From Auanema rhodensis (Eukaryota; Animalia; Nematoda), in contig CAXKVF010000072.1 of assembly GCA_964057225.1 (NCBI GenBank), positions 434,001 to 498,000 of the forward strand: a DNA stretch of 64,000 nt. Reading direction: 5' to 3'. Numbering within the stretch: the stretch's first letter is position 1; each line of letters starts with the position of its first letter. Positions 14,961-30,400 of this stretch are shown here, piece after piece. The notes below the pieces were generated by a model. The model was not told the DNA's origin. It did no database searches and worked only from the letters and a program-made list of their open reading frames with translations. The position numbers were made by a program, and so were the translations under genes.

Positions 14961-17424
14961 ATGGTTACCATGCACCAATATCAATAAAAATTTGTTTTTA
15001 GACTAATATGGACATGGGGAATCTAATTTTGAAAACCGCATCTCTTTATCTTTCACGTGAAGCGAGTTACATACAAAGTGCACATCACGTGTACATTTAA
15101 TTAGCATAAATTAAAGTTCACGTAAATTTCAAAGTCGTGGTTACCATGCACCAATATCAATAAAAATTCGTTTTTAGACTAATATGGACATGGGGAATCT
15201 AATTTTGAAAACCGCATCTCTTTATCTTTCACGTGAAGCGAGTTACATACCAAGTGCACATCACGTGTACATTTAATTAGCATAAATTAAAGTTCACGTA
15301 AATTTCAAAGTCATGGTTACCATGCACCAATATCAATAAAAATTCGTTTTTAGACTAATATGGACATGGGGAATCTAATTTTGAAAACCGCATCTCTTTA
15401 TCTTTCACGTGAAGCGAGTTACATACCAAGTGCACATCACGTGTACATTTAATTAGCATAAATTAAAGTTCACGTAAATTTCAAAGTCGTGGTTACCATG
15501 CACCAATATCAATAAAAATTCGTTTTTAGACTAATATGGACATGGGGAATCTAACTTTGAAAACCGCATCTCTTTATCTTTCACGTGAAGCGAGTTACAT
15601 ACCAAGTGCACATCACGTGTACATTTAATTAGCATAAATTAAAGTTCACGTAAATTTCAAAGTCATGGTTACCATGCACCAATATCAATAAAAATTTGTT
15701 TTTAGACTAATATGGACATGGGGAATCTAATTTTGAAAACCGCATCTCTTCATCTTTCACGTGAAGCGAGTTACATACCAAGTGCACATCAAGTGTACAT
15801 TTAATTAGCATAAATTAAAGTTCACGTAAATTTCAAAGTCATGGTTACCATGCACCAATATCAATAAAAATTTGTTTTTAGACTAATATGGACATGGGGA
15901 ATCTAATTTTGAAAATCGCATCTCTTTATCTTTCACGTGAAGCGAGTTACATACCAAGTGCACATCACGTGTACATTTAATTAGCATAAATTAAAGTTCA
16001 CGTAAGTTTCAAAGTCATGGTTACCATGCACCAATATCAATAAAAATTTGTTTTTAGACTAATATGGACATGGGGAATCTAATTTTGAAAACCGCATCTC
16101 TTTATCTTTCACGTGAACCGAGTTACATACCAAGTGCACATCACGTGTACATTTAATTAGCATAAATTAAAGTTCACGTAAATTTCAAAGTCATGGTTAC
16201 CATGCACCAATATCAATAAAAATTTGTTTTTAGACTAATATGGACATGGGGAATCTAATTTTGAAAACCGCATCTCTTTATCTTTCACGTGAAGCGAGTT
16301 ACATACAAAGTGCACATCACGTGTACATTTAATTAGCATAAATTAAAGTTCACGTAAATTTCAAAGTCGTGGTTACCATGCACCAATATCAATAAAAATT
16401 CGTTTTTAGACTAATATGGACATGGGGAATCTAATTTTGAAAACCGCATCTCTTTATCTTTCACGTGAAGCGAGTTACATACCAAGTGCACATCACGTGT
16501 ACATTTAATTAGCATAAATTAAAGTTCACGTAAATTTCAAAGTCATGGTTACCATGCACCAATATCAATAAAAATTCGTTTTTAGACTAATATGGACATG
16601 GGGAATCTAATTTTGAAAACCGCATCTCTTTATCTTTCACGTGAAGCGAGTTACATACCAAGTGCACATCACGTGTACATTTAATTAGCATAAATTAAAG
16701 TTCACGTAAATTTCAAAGTCGTGGTTACCATGCACCAATATCAATAAAAATTCGTTTTTAGACTAATATGGACATGGGGAATCTAACTTTGAAAACCGCA
16801 TCTCTTTATCTTTCACGTGAAGCGAGTTACATACCAAGTGCACATCACGTGTACATTTAATTAGCATAAATTAAAGTTCACGTAAATTTCAAAGTCATGG
16901 TTACCATGCACCAATATCAATAAAAATTTGTTTTTAGACTAATATGGACATGGGGAATCTAATTTTGAAAACCGCATCTCTTCATCTTTCACGTGAAGCG
17001 AGTTACATACCAAGTGCACATCAAGTGTACATTTAATTAGCATAAATTAAAGTTCACGTAAATTTCAAAGTCATGGTTACCATGCACCAATATCAATAAA
17101 AATTTGTTTTTAGACTAATATGGACATGGGGAATCTAATTTTGAAAATCGCATCTCTTTATCTTTCACGTGAAGCGAGTTACATACCAAGTGCACATCAC
17201 GTGTACATTTAATTAGCATAAATTAAAGTTCACGTAAGTTTCAAAGTCATGGTTACCATGCACCAATATCAATAAAAATTTGTTTTTAGACTAATATGGA
17301 CATGGGGAATCTAATTTTGAAAACCGCATCTCTTTATCTTTCACGTGAACCGAGTTACATACCAAGTGCACATCACGTGTACATTTAATTAGCATAAATT
17401 AAAGTTCACGTAAATTTCAAAGTC
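14961..17424. repeat. 7-monomer (1232-bp) tandem duplication
   Basis: The variant order A115; G1C33; C33; G1C33C67; C87A128; T76G166; C102 (numbers are monomer positions) occurs from 14961 and again from 16193. Confidence 0.85.
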
Positions 17425-19373
17425 ATGGTTACCATGAACCAATATCAATAAAAATTTGTTTTTAGACTAATATGGACATGGGGAATCTAATTTTGAAAAC
17501 CGCATCTCTTTATCTTTCACGTGAAGCGAGTTACATACCAAGTGCACATCACGTGTACATTTAATTAGCATAAATTAAAGTTCACGTAAATTTCAAAGTC
17601 ATGGTTACCATGCACCAATATCAATAAAAATTTGTTTTTAGACTAATATGGACATGAGGAATCTAATTTTGAAAACCGCATCTCTTTATCTTTCACGTGA
17701 AGCGAGTTACATACCAAGTGCACATCACGTGTACATTTAATTAGCATAAATTAAAGTTCACGTAAATTTCAAAGTCATGGTTACCATGCACCAATATCAA
17801 TAAAAATTTGTTTTTAGACTAATATGGACATGAGGAATCTAATTTTGAAAACCGCATCTCTTTATCTTTCACGTGAAGCGAGTTACATACCAAATGCACA
17901 TCACGTGTACATTTAATTAGCATAAATTAAAGTTCACGTAAATTTCAAAGTCGTGGTTACCATGCACCAATATCAATAAAAATTCGTTTTTAGACTAATA
18001 TGGACATGGGGAATCTAATTTTGAAAACCGCATCTCTTTATCTTTCACGTGAAGCGAGTTACATACCAAGTGCACATCACGTGTTAATTTAATTAGCATA
18101 AATTAAAGTTCACGTAAATTTCAAAGTCATGGTTACCATGCACCAATATCAATAAAAATTTGTTTTTAGACTAATATGGACATGGGGAATCTAATTTTGA
18201 AAACCGCATCTCTTTATCTTTCACGTGAAGCGAGTTACATACCAAGTGCACATCACGTGTACATTTAATTAGCATAAATTAAAGTTCACGTAAATTTCAA
18301 AGTCGTGGTTACCATGCACCAATATCAATAAAAATTCGTTTTTAGACTAATATGGACATGGGGAATCTAATTTTGAAAACCGCATCTCTTTATCTTTCAC
18401 GTGAAGCGAGTTACATACCAAGTGCACATCACGTGTACATTTAATTAGCATAAATTAAAGTTCACGTAAATTTCAAAGTCATGGTTACCATGCACCAATA
18501 TCAATAAAAATTCGTTTTTAGACTAATATGGACATGGGGAATCTAATTTTGAAAACCGCATCTCTTTATCTTTCACGTGAAGCGAGTTACATACCAAGTG
18601 CACATCACGTGTACATTTAATTAGCATAAATTAAAGTTCACGTAAATTTCAAAGTCGTGGTTACCATGCACCAATATCAATAAAAATTCGTTTTTAGACT
18701 AATATGGACATGGGGAATCTAACTTTGAAAACCGCATCTCTTTATCTTTCACGTGAAGCGAGTTACATACCAAGTGCACATCACGTGTACATTTAATTAG
18801 CATAAATTAAAGTTCACGTAAATTTCAAAGTCATGGTTACCATGCACCAATATCAATAAAAATTTGTTTTTAGACTAATATGGACATGGGGAATCTAATT
18901 TCGAAAACCGCATCTCTTTATCTTTCACGTGAAGCGAGTTACATACCAAGTGCACATCACGTGTACATTTAATTAGCATAAATTAAAGTTCACGTAAATT
19001 TCAAAGTCATGGTTACCATGCACCAATATCAATAAAAATTTGTTTTTAGACTAATATGGACATGGGGAATCTAATTTTGAAAACCGCATCTCTTCATCTT
19101 TCACGTGAAGCGAGTTACATACCAAGTGCACATCAAGTGTACATTTAATTAGCATAAATTAAAGTTCACGTAAATTTCAAAGTCATGGTTACCATGAACC
19201 AATATCAATAAAAATTTGTTTTTAGACTAATATGGACATGGGGAATCTAATTTTGAAAATCGCATCTCTTTATCTTTCACGTGAAGCGAGTTACATACCA
19301 AGTGCACATCACGTGTACATTTAATTAGCATAAATTAAAGTTCACGTAAATTTCAAAGTCATGGTTACCATGC

Positions 19374-22300
19374 ACCAATATCAATAAAAATTTGTTTTTA
19401 GACTAATATGGACATGGGGAATCTAATTTTGAAAACCGCATCTCTTTATCTTTCACGTGAAGCGAGTTACATACCAAGTGCACATCACGTGTACATTTAA
19501 TTAACATAAATTAAAGTTCACGTAAAATTCAAAGTCATGGTTACCATGAACCAATATCAATAAAAATTTGTTTTTAGACTAATATGGACATGGGGAATCT
19601 AATTTTGAAAACCGCATCTCTTTATCTTTCACGTGAAGCGAGTTACATACCAAGTGCACATCACGTGTACATTTAATTAGCATAAATTAAAGTTCACGTA
19701 AATTTCAAAGTCATGGTTACCATGCACCAATATCAATAAAAATTTGTTTTTAGACTAATATGGACATGAGGAATCTAATTTTGAAAACCGCATCTCTTTA
19801 TCTTTCACGTGAAGCGAGTTACATACCAAGTGCACATCACGTGTACATTTAATTAGCATAAATTAAAGTTCACGTAAATTTCAAAGTCATGGTTACCATG
19901 CACCAATATCAATAAAAATTTGTTTTTAGACTAATATGGACATGGGGAATCTAATTTTGAAAATCGCATCTCTTTATCTTTCACGTGAAGCGAGTTACAT
20001 ACCAAGTGCACATCACGTGTACATTTAATTAGCATAAATTAAAGTTCACGTAAGTTTCAAAGTCATGGTTACCATGCACCAATATCAATAAAAATTTGTT
20101 TTTAGACTAATATGGACATGGGGAATCTAATTTTGAAAACCGCATCTCTTTATCTTTCACGTGAACCGAGTTACATACCAAGTGCACATCACGTGTACAT
20201 TTAATTAGCATAAATTAAAGTTCACGTAAATTTCAAAGTCATGGTTACCATGAACCAATATCAATAAAAATTTGTTTTTAGACTAATATGGACATGGGGA
20301 ATCTAATTTTGAAAACCGCATCTCTTTATCTTTCACGTGAAGCGAGTTACATACCAAGTGCACATCACGTGTACATTTAATTAGCATAAATTAAAGTTCA
20401 CGTAAATTTCAAAGTCATGGTTACCATGCACCAATATCAATAAAAATTTGTTTTTAGACTAATATGGACATGAGGAATCTAATTTTGAAAACCGCATCTC
20501 TTTATCTTTCACGTGAAGCGAGTTACATACCAAGTGCACATCACGTGTACATTTAATTAGCATAAATTAAAGTTCACGTAAATTTCAAAGTCATGGTTAC
20601 CATGCACCAATATCAATAAAAATTTGTTTTTAGACTAATATGGACATGAGGAATCTAATTTTGAAAACCGCATCTCTTTATCTTTCACGTGAAGCGAGTT
20701 ACATACCAAATGCACATCACGTGTACATTTAATTAGCATAAATTAAAGTTCACGTAAATTTCAAAGTCGTGGTTACCATGCACCAATATCAATAAAAATT
20801 CGTTTTTAGACTAATATGGACATGGGGAATCTAATTTTGAAAACCGCATCTCTTTATCTTTCACGTGAAGCGAGTTACATACCAAGTGCACATCACGTGT
20901 ACATTTAATTAGCATAAATTAAAGTTCACGTAAATTTCAAAGTCATGGTTACCATGCACCAATATCAATAAAAATTTGTTTTTAGACTAATATGGACATG
21001 GGGAATCTAATTTTGAAAACCGCATCTCTTTATCTTTCACGTGAAGCGAGTTACATACCAAGTGCACATCACGTGTACATTTAATTAGCATAAATTAAAG
21101 TTCACGTAAATTTCAAAGTCGTGGTTACCATGCACCAATATCAATAAAAATTCGTTTTTAGACTAATATGGACATGGGGAATCTAATTTTGAAAACCGCA
21201 TCTCTTTATCTTTCACGTGAAGCGAGTTACATACCAAGTGCACATCACGTGTACATTTAATTAGCATAAATTAAAGTTCACGTAAATTTCAAAGTCATGG
21301 TTACCATGCACCAATATCAATAAAAATTCGTTTTTAGACTAATATGGACATGGGGAATCTAATTTTGAAAACCGCATCTCTTTATCTTTCACGTGAAGCG
21401 AGTTACATACCAAGTGCACATCACGTGTACATTTAATTAGCATAAATTAAAGTTCACGTAAATTTCAAAGTCGTGGTTACCATGCACCAATATCAATAAA
21501 AATTCGTTTTTAGACTAATATGGACATGGGGAATCTAACTTTGAAAACCGCATCTCTTTATCTTTCACGTGAAGCGAGTTACATACCAAGTGCACATCAC
21601 GTGTACATTTAATTAGCATAAATTAAAGTTCACGTAAATTTCAAAGTCATGGTTACCATGCACCAATATCAATAAAAATTTGTTTTTAGACTAATATGGA
21701 CATGGGGAATCTAATTTCGAAAACCGCATCTCTTTATCTTTCACGTGAAGCGAGTTACATACCAAGTGCACATCACGTGTACATTTAATTAGCATAAATT
21801 AAAGTTCACGTAAATTTCAAAGTCATGGTTACCATGCACCAATATCAATAAAAATTTGTTTTTAGACTAATATGGACATGGGGAATCTAATTTTGAAAAC
21901 CGCATCTCTTCATCTTTCACGTGAAGCGAGTTACATACCAAGTGCACATCAAGTGTACATTTAATTAGCATAAATTAAAGTTCACGTAAATTTCAAAGTC
22001 ATGGTTACCATGAACCAATATCAATAAAAATTTGTTTTTAGACTAATATGGACATGGGGAATCTAATTTTGAAAACCGCATCTCTTTATCTTTCACGTGA
22101 AGCGAGTTACATACCAAGTGCACATCACGTGTACATTTAATTAACATAAATTAAAGTTCACGTAAAATTCAAAGTCATGGTTACCATGAACCAATATCAA
22201 TAAAAATTTGTTTTTAGACTAATATGGACATGGGGAATCTAATTTTGAAAACCGCATCTCTTTATCTTTCACGTGAAGCGAGTTACATACCAAGTGCACA

Positions 22301-24715
22301 TCACGTGTACATTTAATTAGCATAAATTAAAGTTCACGTAAATTTCAAAGTCATGGTTACCATGCACCAATATCAATAAAAATTTGTTTTTAGACTAATA
22401 TGGACATGAGGAATCTAATTTTGAAAACCGCATCTCTTTATCTTTCACGTGAAGCGAGTTACATACCAAGTGCACATCACGTGTACATTTAATTAGCATA
22501 AATTAAAGTTCACGTAAATTTCAAAGTCATGGTTACCATGCACCAATATCAATAAAAATTTGTTTTTAGACTAATATGGACATGGGGAATCTAATTTTGA
22601 AAATCGCATCTCTTTATCTTTCACGTGAAGCGAGTTACATACCAAGTGCACATCACGTGTACATTTAATTAGCATAAATTAAAGTTCACGTAAGTTTCAA
22701 AGTCATGGTTACCATGCACCAATATCAATAAAAATTTGTTTTTAGACTAATATGGACATGGGGAATCTAATTTTGAAAACCGCATCTCTTTATCTTTCAC
22801 GTGAACCGAGTTACATACCAAGTGCACATCACGTGTACATTTAATTAGCATAAATTAAAGTTCACGTAAATTTCAAAGTCATGGTTACCATGAACCAATA
22901 TCAATAAAAATTTGTTTTTAGACTAATATGGACATGGGGAATCTAATTTTGAAAACCGCATCTCTTTATCTTTCACGTGAAGCGAGTTACATACCAAGTG
23001 CACATCACGTGTACATTTAATTAGCATAAATTAAAGTTCACGTAAATTTCAAAGTCATGGTTACCATGCACCAATATCAATAAAAATTTGTTTTTAGACT
23101 AATATGGACATGAGGAATCTAATTTTGAAAACCGCATCTCTTTATCTTTCACGTGAAGCGAGTTACATACCAAGTGCACATCACGTGTACATTTAATTAG
23201 CATAAATTAAAGTTCACGTAAATTTCAAAGTCATGGTTACCATGCACCAATATCAATAAAAATTTGTTTTTAGACTAATATGGACATGAGGAATCTAATT
23301 TTGAAAACCGCATCTCTTTATCTTTCACGTGAAGCGAGTTACATACCAAATGCACATCACGTGTACATTTAATTAGCATAAATTAAAGTTCACGTAAATT
23401 TCAAAGTCGTGGTTACCATGCACCAATATCAATAAAAATTCGTTTTTAGACTAATATGGACATGGGGAATCTAATTTTGAAAACCGCATCTCTTTATCTT
23501 TCACGTGAAGCGAGTTACATACCAAGTGCACATCACGTGTACATTTAATTAGCATAAATTAAAGTTCACGTAAATTTCAAAGTCATGGTTACCATGCACC
23601 AATATCAATAAAAATTTGTTTTTAGACTAATATGGACATGGGGAATCTAATTTTGAAAACCGCATCTCTTTATCTTTCACGTGAAGCGAGTTACATACCA
23701 AGTGCACATCACGTGTACATTTAATTAGCATAAATTAAAGTTCACGTAAATTTCAAAGTCGTGGTTACCATGCACCAATATCAATAAAAATTCGTTTTTA
23801 GACTAATATGGACATGGGGAATCTAATTTTGAAAACCGCATCTCTTTATCTTTCACGTGAAGCGAGTTACATACCAAGTGCACATCACGTGTACATTTAA
23901 TTAGCATAAATTAAAGTTCACGTAAATTTCAAAGTCATGGTTACCATGCACCAATATCAATAAAAATTCGTTTTTAGACTAATATGGACATGGGGAATCT
24001 AATTTTGAAAACCGCATCTCTTTATCTTTCACGTGAAGCGAGTTACATACCAAGTGCACATCACGTGTACATTTAATTAGCATAAATTAAAGTTCACGTA
24101 AATTTCAAAGTCGTGGTTACCATGCACCAATATCAATAAAAATTCGTTTTTAGACTAATATGGACATGGGGAATCTAACTTTGAAAACCGCATCTCTTTA
24201 TCTTTCACGTGAAGCGAGTTACATACCAAGTGCACATCACGTGTACATTTAATTAGCATAAATTAAAGTTCACGTAAATTTCAAAGTCATGGTTACCATG
24301 CACCAATATCAATAAAAATTTGTTTTTAGACTAATATGGACATGGGGAATCTAATTTCGAAAACCGCATCTCTTTATCTTTCACGTGAAGCGAGTTACAT
24401 ACCAAGTGCACATCACGTGTACATTTAATTAGCATAAATTAAAGTTCACGTAAATTTCAAAGTCATGGTTACCATGCACCAATATCAATAAAAATTTGTT
24501 TTTAGACTAATATGGACATGGGGAATCTAATTTTGAAAACCGCATCTCTTCATCTTTCACGTGAAGCGAGTTACATACCAAGTGCACATCAAGTGTACAT
24601 TTAATTAGCATAAATTAAAGTTCACGTAAATTTCAAAGTCATGGTTACCATGAACCAATATCAATAAAAATTTGTTTTTAGACTAATATGGACATGGGGA
24701 ATCTAATTTTGAAAA
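19374..24715. repeat. 15-monomer (2640-bp) tandem duplication, preceded by a related 16-mer at 17073-19888
   Basis: Sequence lines 2640 bp apart are identical, e.g. TTAACATAAA at 19501/22141 and the AATTTCGAAA monomers at 21649/24289. Confidence 0.88.
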
Positions 24716-27456
24716 TCGCATCTCTTTATCTTTCACGTGAAGCGAGTTACATACCAAGTGCACATCACGTGTACATTTAATTAGCATAAATTAAAGTTCA
24801 CGTAAATTTCAAAGTCATGGTTACCATGCACCAATATCAATAAAAATTTGTTTTTAGACTAATATGGACATGGGGAATCTAATTTTGAAAACCGCATCTC
24901 TTTATCTTTCACGTGAAGCGAGTTACATACCAAGTGCACATCACGTGTACATTTAATTAGCATAAATTAAAGTTCACGTAAAATTCAAAGTCATGGTTAC
25001 CATGAACCAATATCAATAAAAATTTGTTTTTAGACTAATATGGACATGGGGAATCTAATTTTGAAAACCGCATCTCTTTATCTTTCACGTGAAGCGAGTT
25101 ACATTTCAAGTGCACATCACGTGTACATTTAATTAGCATAAATTAAAGTTCACGTAAATTTCAAAGTCATGGTTACCATGCACCAATATCAATAAAAATT
25201 TGTTTTTAGACTAATATGGACATGAGGAATCTAATTTTGAAAACCGCATCTCTTTATCTTTCACGTGAAGCGAGTTACATACCAAGTGCACATCACGTGT
25301 ACATTTAATTAGCATAAATTAAAGTTCACGTAAATTTCAAAGTCATGGTTACCATGCACCAATATCAATAAAAATTTGTTTTTAGACTAATATGGACATG
25401 AGGAATCTAATTTTGAAAACCGCATCTCTTTATCTTTCACGTGAAGCGAGTTACATACCAAATGCACATCACGTGTACATTTAATTAGCATAAATTAAAG
25501 TTCACGTAAATTTCAAAGTCGTGGTTACCATGCACCAATATCAATAAAAATTCGTTTTTAGACTAATATGGACATGGGGAATCTAATTTTGAAAACCGCA
25601 TCTCTTTATCTTTCACGTGAAGCGAGTTACATACCAAGTGCACATCACGTGTACATTTAATTAGCATAAATTAAAGTTCACGTAAATTTCAAAGTCATGG
25701 TTACCATGCACCAATATCAATAAAAATTTGTTTTTAGACTAATATGGACATGGGGAATCTAATTTTGAAAACCGCATCTCTTTATCTTTCACGTGAAGCG
25801 AGTTACATACCAAGTGCACATCACGTGTACATTTAATTAGCATAAATTAAAGTTCACGTAAATTTCAAAGTCATGGTTACCATGCACCAATATCAATAAA
25901 AATTTGTTTTTAGACTAATATGGACATGGGGAATCTAATTTTGAAAACCGCATCTCTTTATCTTTCACGTGAAGCGAGTTACATACCAAGTGCACATCAC
26001 GTGTACATTTAATTAGCATAAATTAAAGTTCACGTAAATTTCAAAGTCATGGTTACCATGCACCAATATCAATAAAAATTTGTTTTTAGACTAATATGGA
26101 CATGGGGAATCTAATTTTGAAAACCGCATCTCTTCATCTTTCACGTGAAGCGAGTTACATACCAAGTGCACATCACGTGTACATTTAATTAGCATAAATT
26201 AAAGTTCACGTAAATTTCAAAGTCATGGTTACCATGCACCAATATCAATAAAAATTTGTTTTTAGACTAATATGGACATGGGGAATCTAATTTTGAAAAC
26301 CGCATCTCTTTATCTTTCACGTGAAGCGAGTTACATACCAAGTGCACATCACGTGTACATTTAATTAGCATAAATTAAAGTTCACGTAAATTTCAAAGTC
26401 ATGGTTACCATGCACCAATATCAATAAAAATTTGTTTTTAGACTAATATGGACATGGGGAATCTAATTTTGAAAACCGCATCTCTTTATCTTTCACGTGA
26501 AGCGAGTTACATACCAAGTGCACATCACGTGTACATTTAATTAGCATAAATTAAAGTTCACGTAAATTTCAAAGTCATGGTTACCATGCACCAATATCAA
26601 TAAAAATTTGTTTTTAGACTAATATGGACATGGGGAATCTAATTTTGAAAACCGCATCTCTTTATCTTTCACGTGAAGCGAGTTACATACCAAGTGCACA
26701 TCACGTGTACATTTAATTAGCATAAATTAAAGTTCACGTAAAATTCAAAGTCATGGTTACCATGAACCAATATCAATAAAAATTTGTTTTTAGACTAATA
26801 TGGACATGGGGAATCTAATTTTGAAAACCGCATCTCTTTATCTTTCACGTGAAGCGAGTTACATACCAAGTGCACATCACGTGTACATTTAATTAGCATA
26901 AATTAAAGTTCACGTAAATTTCAAAGTCATGGTTACCATGCACCAATATCAATAAAAATTTGTTTTTAGACTAATATGGACATGAGGAATCTAATTTTGA
27001 AAACCGCATCTCTTTATCTTTCACGTGAAGCGAGTTACATACCAAGTGCACATCACGTGTACATTTAATTAGCATAAATTAAAGTTCACGTAAATTTCAA
27101 AGACATGGTTACCATGCACCAATATCAATAAAAATTTGTTTTTAGACTAATATGGACATGAGGAATCTAATTTTGAAAACCGCATCTCTTTATCTTTCAC
27201 TTGAAGCGAGTTACATACCAAATGCACATCACGTGTACATTTAATTAGCATAAATTAAAGTTCACGTAAATTTCAAAGTCGTGGTTACCATGCACCAATA
27301 TCAATAAAAATTCGTTTTTAGACTAATATGGACATGGGGAATCTAATTTTGAAAACCGCATCTCTTTATCTTTCACGTGAAGCGAGTTACATACCAAGTG
27401 CACATCACGTGTACATTTAATTAGCATAAATTAAAGTTCACGTAAATTTCAAAGTC

Positions 27457-30400
27457 ATGGTTACCATGCACCAATATCAATAAAAATTTGTTTTTAGACT
27501 AATATGGACATGGGGAATCTAATTTTGAAAACCGCATCTCTTTATCTTTCACGTGAAGCGAGTTACATACCAAGTGCACATCACGTGTACATTTAATTAG
27601 CATAAATTAAAATTCACGTAAATTTCAAAATCATGGTTACCATGCACCAATATCAATAAAAATTTGTTTTTAGACTAATATGGACATGGGGAATCTAATT
27701 TTGAAAACCGCATCTCTTTATCTTTCACGTGAAGCGAGTTACATACCAAGTGCACATCACGTGTACATTTAATTAGCATAAATTAAAATTCACGTAAATT
27801 TCAAAATCATGGTTACCATGCACCAATATCAATAAAAATTTGTTTTTAGACTAATATGGACATGAGGAATCTAATTTTGGAAACCGCATCTCTTTATCTT
27901 TCACGTGAAGCGAGTTACATACCAAGTGCACATCACGTGTACATTTAATTAGCATAAATTAAAGTTCACGTAAATTTCAAAGTCGTGGTTACCATGCACC
28001 AATATCAATAAAAATTCGTTTTTAGACTAATATGGACATGGGGAATCTAATTTTGAAAACCGCATCTCTTTATCTTTCACGTGAAGCGAGTTACATACCA
28101 AGTGCACATCACGTGTACATTTAATTAGCATAAATTAAAATTCACGTAAATTTCAAAATCATGGTTACCATGCACCAATATCAATAAAAATTTGTTTTTA
28201 GACTAATATGGACATGAGGAATCTAATTTTGGAAACCGCATCTCTTTATCTTTCACGTGAAGCGAGTTACATACCAAGTGCACATCACGTGTACATTTAA
28301 TTAGCATAAATTAAAGTTCACGTAAATTTCAAAGTCGTGGTTACCATGCACCAATATCAATAAAAATTCGTTTTTAGACTAATATGGACATGGGGAATCT
28401 AACTTTGAAAACCGCATCTCTTTATCTTTCACGTGAAGCGAGTTACATACCAAGTGCACATCACGTGTACATTTAATTAGCATAAATTAAAGTTCACGTA
28501 AATTTCAAAGTCATGGTTACCATGCACCAATATCAATAAAAATTTGTTTTTAGACTAATATGGACATGGGGAATCTAATTTTGAAAACCGCATCTCTTTA
28601 TCTTTCACGTGAAGCGAGTTACATACCAAGTGCACATCACGTGTACATTTAATTAGCATAAATTAAAGTTCACGTAAATTTCAAAGTCATGGTTACCATG
28701 AACCAATATCAATAAAAATTTGTGTTTAGACTAATATGGACATGGGGAATCTAATTTTGAAAACCGCATCTCTTTATCTTTCACGTGAAGCGAGTTACAT
28801 AACAAGTGCACATCACGTGTACATTTAATTAGCATAAATTAAAGTTCACGTAAATTTCAAAGTCATGGTTACCATGCACCAATATCAATAAAAATTTGTT
28901 TTTAGACTAATATGGACATGGGGAATCTAATTTTGAAAACCGCATCTCTTTATCTTTCACGTGAAGCGAGTTACATACCAAGTGCACATCACGTGTACAT
29001 TTAATTAGCATAAATTAAAGTTCACGTAAATTTCAAAGTCATGGTTACCATGCACCAATATCAATAAAAATTTGTTTTTAGACTAATATGGACATGGGGA
29101 ATCTAATTTTGAAAACCGCATCTCTTCATCTTTCACGTGAAGCGAGTTACATACCAAGTACACATCAAGTGTACATTTAATTAGCATAAATTAAAGTTCA
29201 CGTAAATTTCAAAGTCATGGTTACCATGCACCAATATCAATAAAAATTTGTTTTTAGACTAATATGGACATGGGGAATCTAATTTTGAAAACCGCATCTC
29301 TTTATCTTTCACGTGAAGCGAGTTACATACCAAGTGCACATCACGTGTACATTTAATTAGCATAAATTAAAGTTCACGTAAATTTCAAAGTCATGGTTAC
29401 CATGCACCAATATCAATAAAAATTTGTTTTTAGACTAATATGGACATGAGGAATCTAATTTTGAAAACCGCATCTCTTTATCTTTCACGTGAAGCGAGTT
29501 ACATACCAAGTGCACATCACGTGTACATTTAATTAGCATAAATTAAAGTTCACGTAAATTTCAAAGTCATGGTTACCATGCACCAATATCAATAAAAATT
29601 TGTTTTTAGACTAATATGGACATGGGGAATCTAATTTTGAAAACCGCATCTCTTTATCTTTCACGTGAAGCGAGTTACATACCAAGTGCACATCACGTGT
29701 ACATTTAATTAGCATAAATTAAAATTCACGTAAATTTCAAAATCATGGTTACCATGCACCAATATCAATAAAAATTTGTTTTTAGACTAATATGGACATG
29801 GGGAATCTAATTTTGAAAACCGCATCTCTTTATCTTTCACGTGAAGCGAGTTACATACCAAGTGCACATCACGTGTACATTTAATTAGCATAAATTAAAA
29901 TTCACGTAAATTTCAAAATCATGGTTACCATGCACCAATATCAATAAAAATTTGTTTTTAGACTAATATGGACATGAGGAATCTAATTTTGGAAACCGCA
30001 TCTCTTTATCTTTCACGTGAAGCGAGTTACATACCAAGTGCACATCACGTGTACATTTAATTAGCATAAATTAAAGTTCACGTAAATTTCAAAGTCGTGG
30101 TTACCATGCACCAATATCAATAAAAATTCGTTTTTAGACTAATATGGACATGGGGAATCTAATTTTGAAAACCGCATCTCTTTATCTTTCACGTGAAGCG
30201 AGTTACATACCAAGTGCACATCACGTGTACATTTAATTAGCATAAATTAAAATTCACGTAAATTTCAAAATCATGGTTACCATGCACCAATATCAATAAA
30301 AATTTGTTTTTAGACTAATATGGACATGAGGAATCTAATTTTGGAAACCGCATCTCTTTATCTTTCACGTGAAGCGAGTTACATACCAAGTGCACATCAC

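Larger units (their letters stand above)
3521..27456. repeat. 48-monomer (8448-bp) block duplication, with the second copy later expanded internally
   Basis: Rare marker monomers recur in the same order. TCTTTTCATC monomers start at 3521 and 11969, and the GAGTTAAAT variant is at 5918 and 14366 (both offset 8448). The AAAGAC/CACTTGAA pair occurs in monomers 11441/11617 and again in 26929/27105. Confidence 0.8.
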
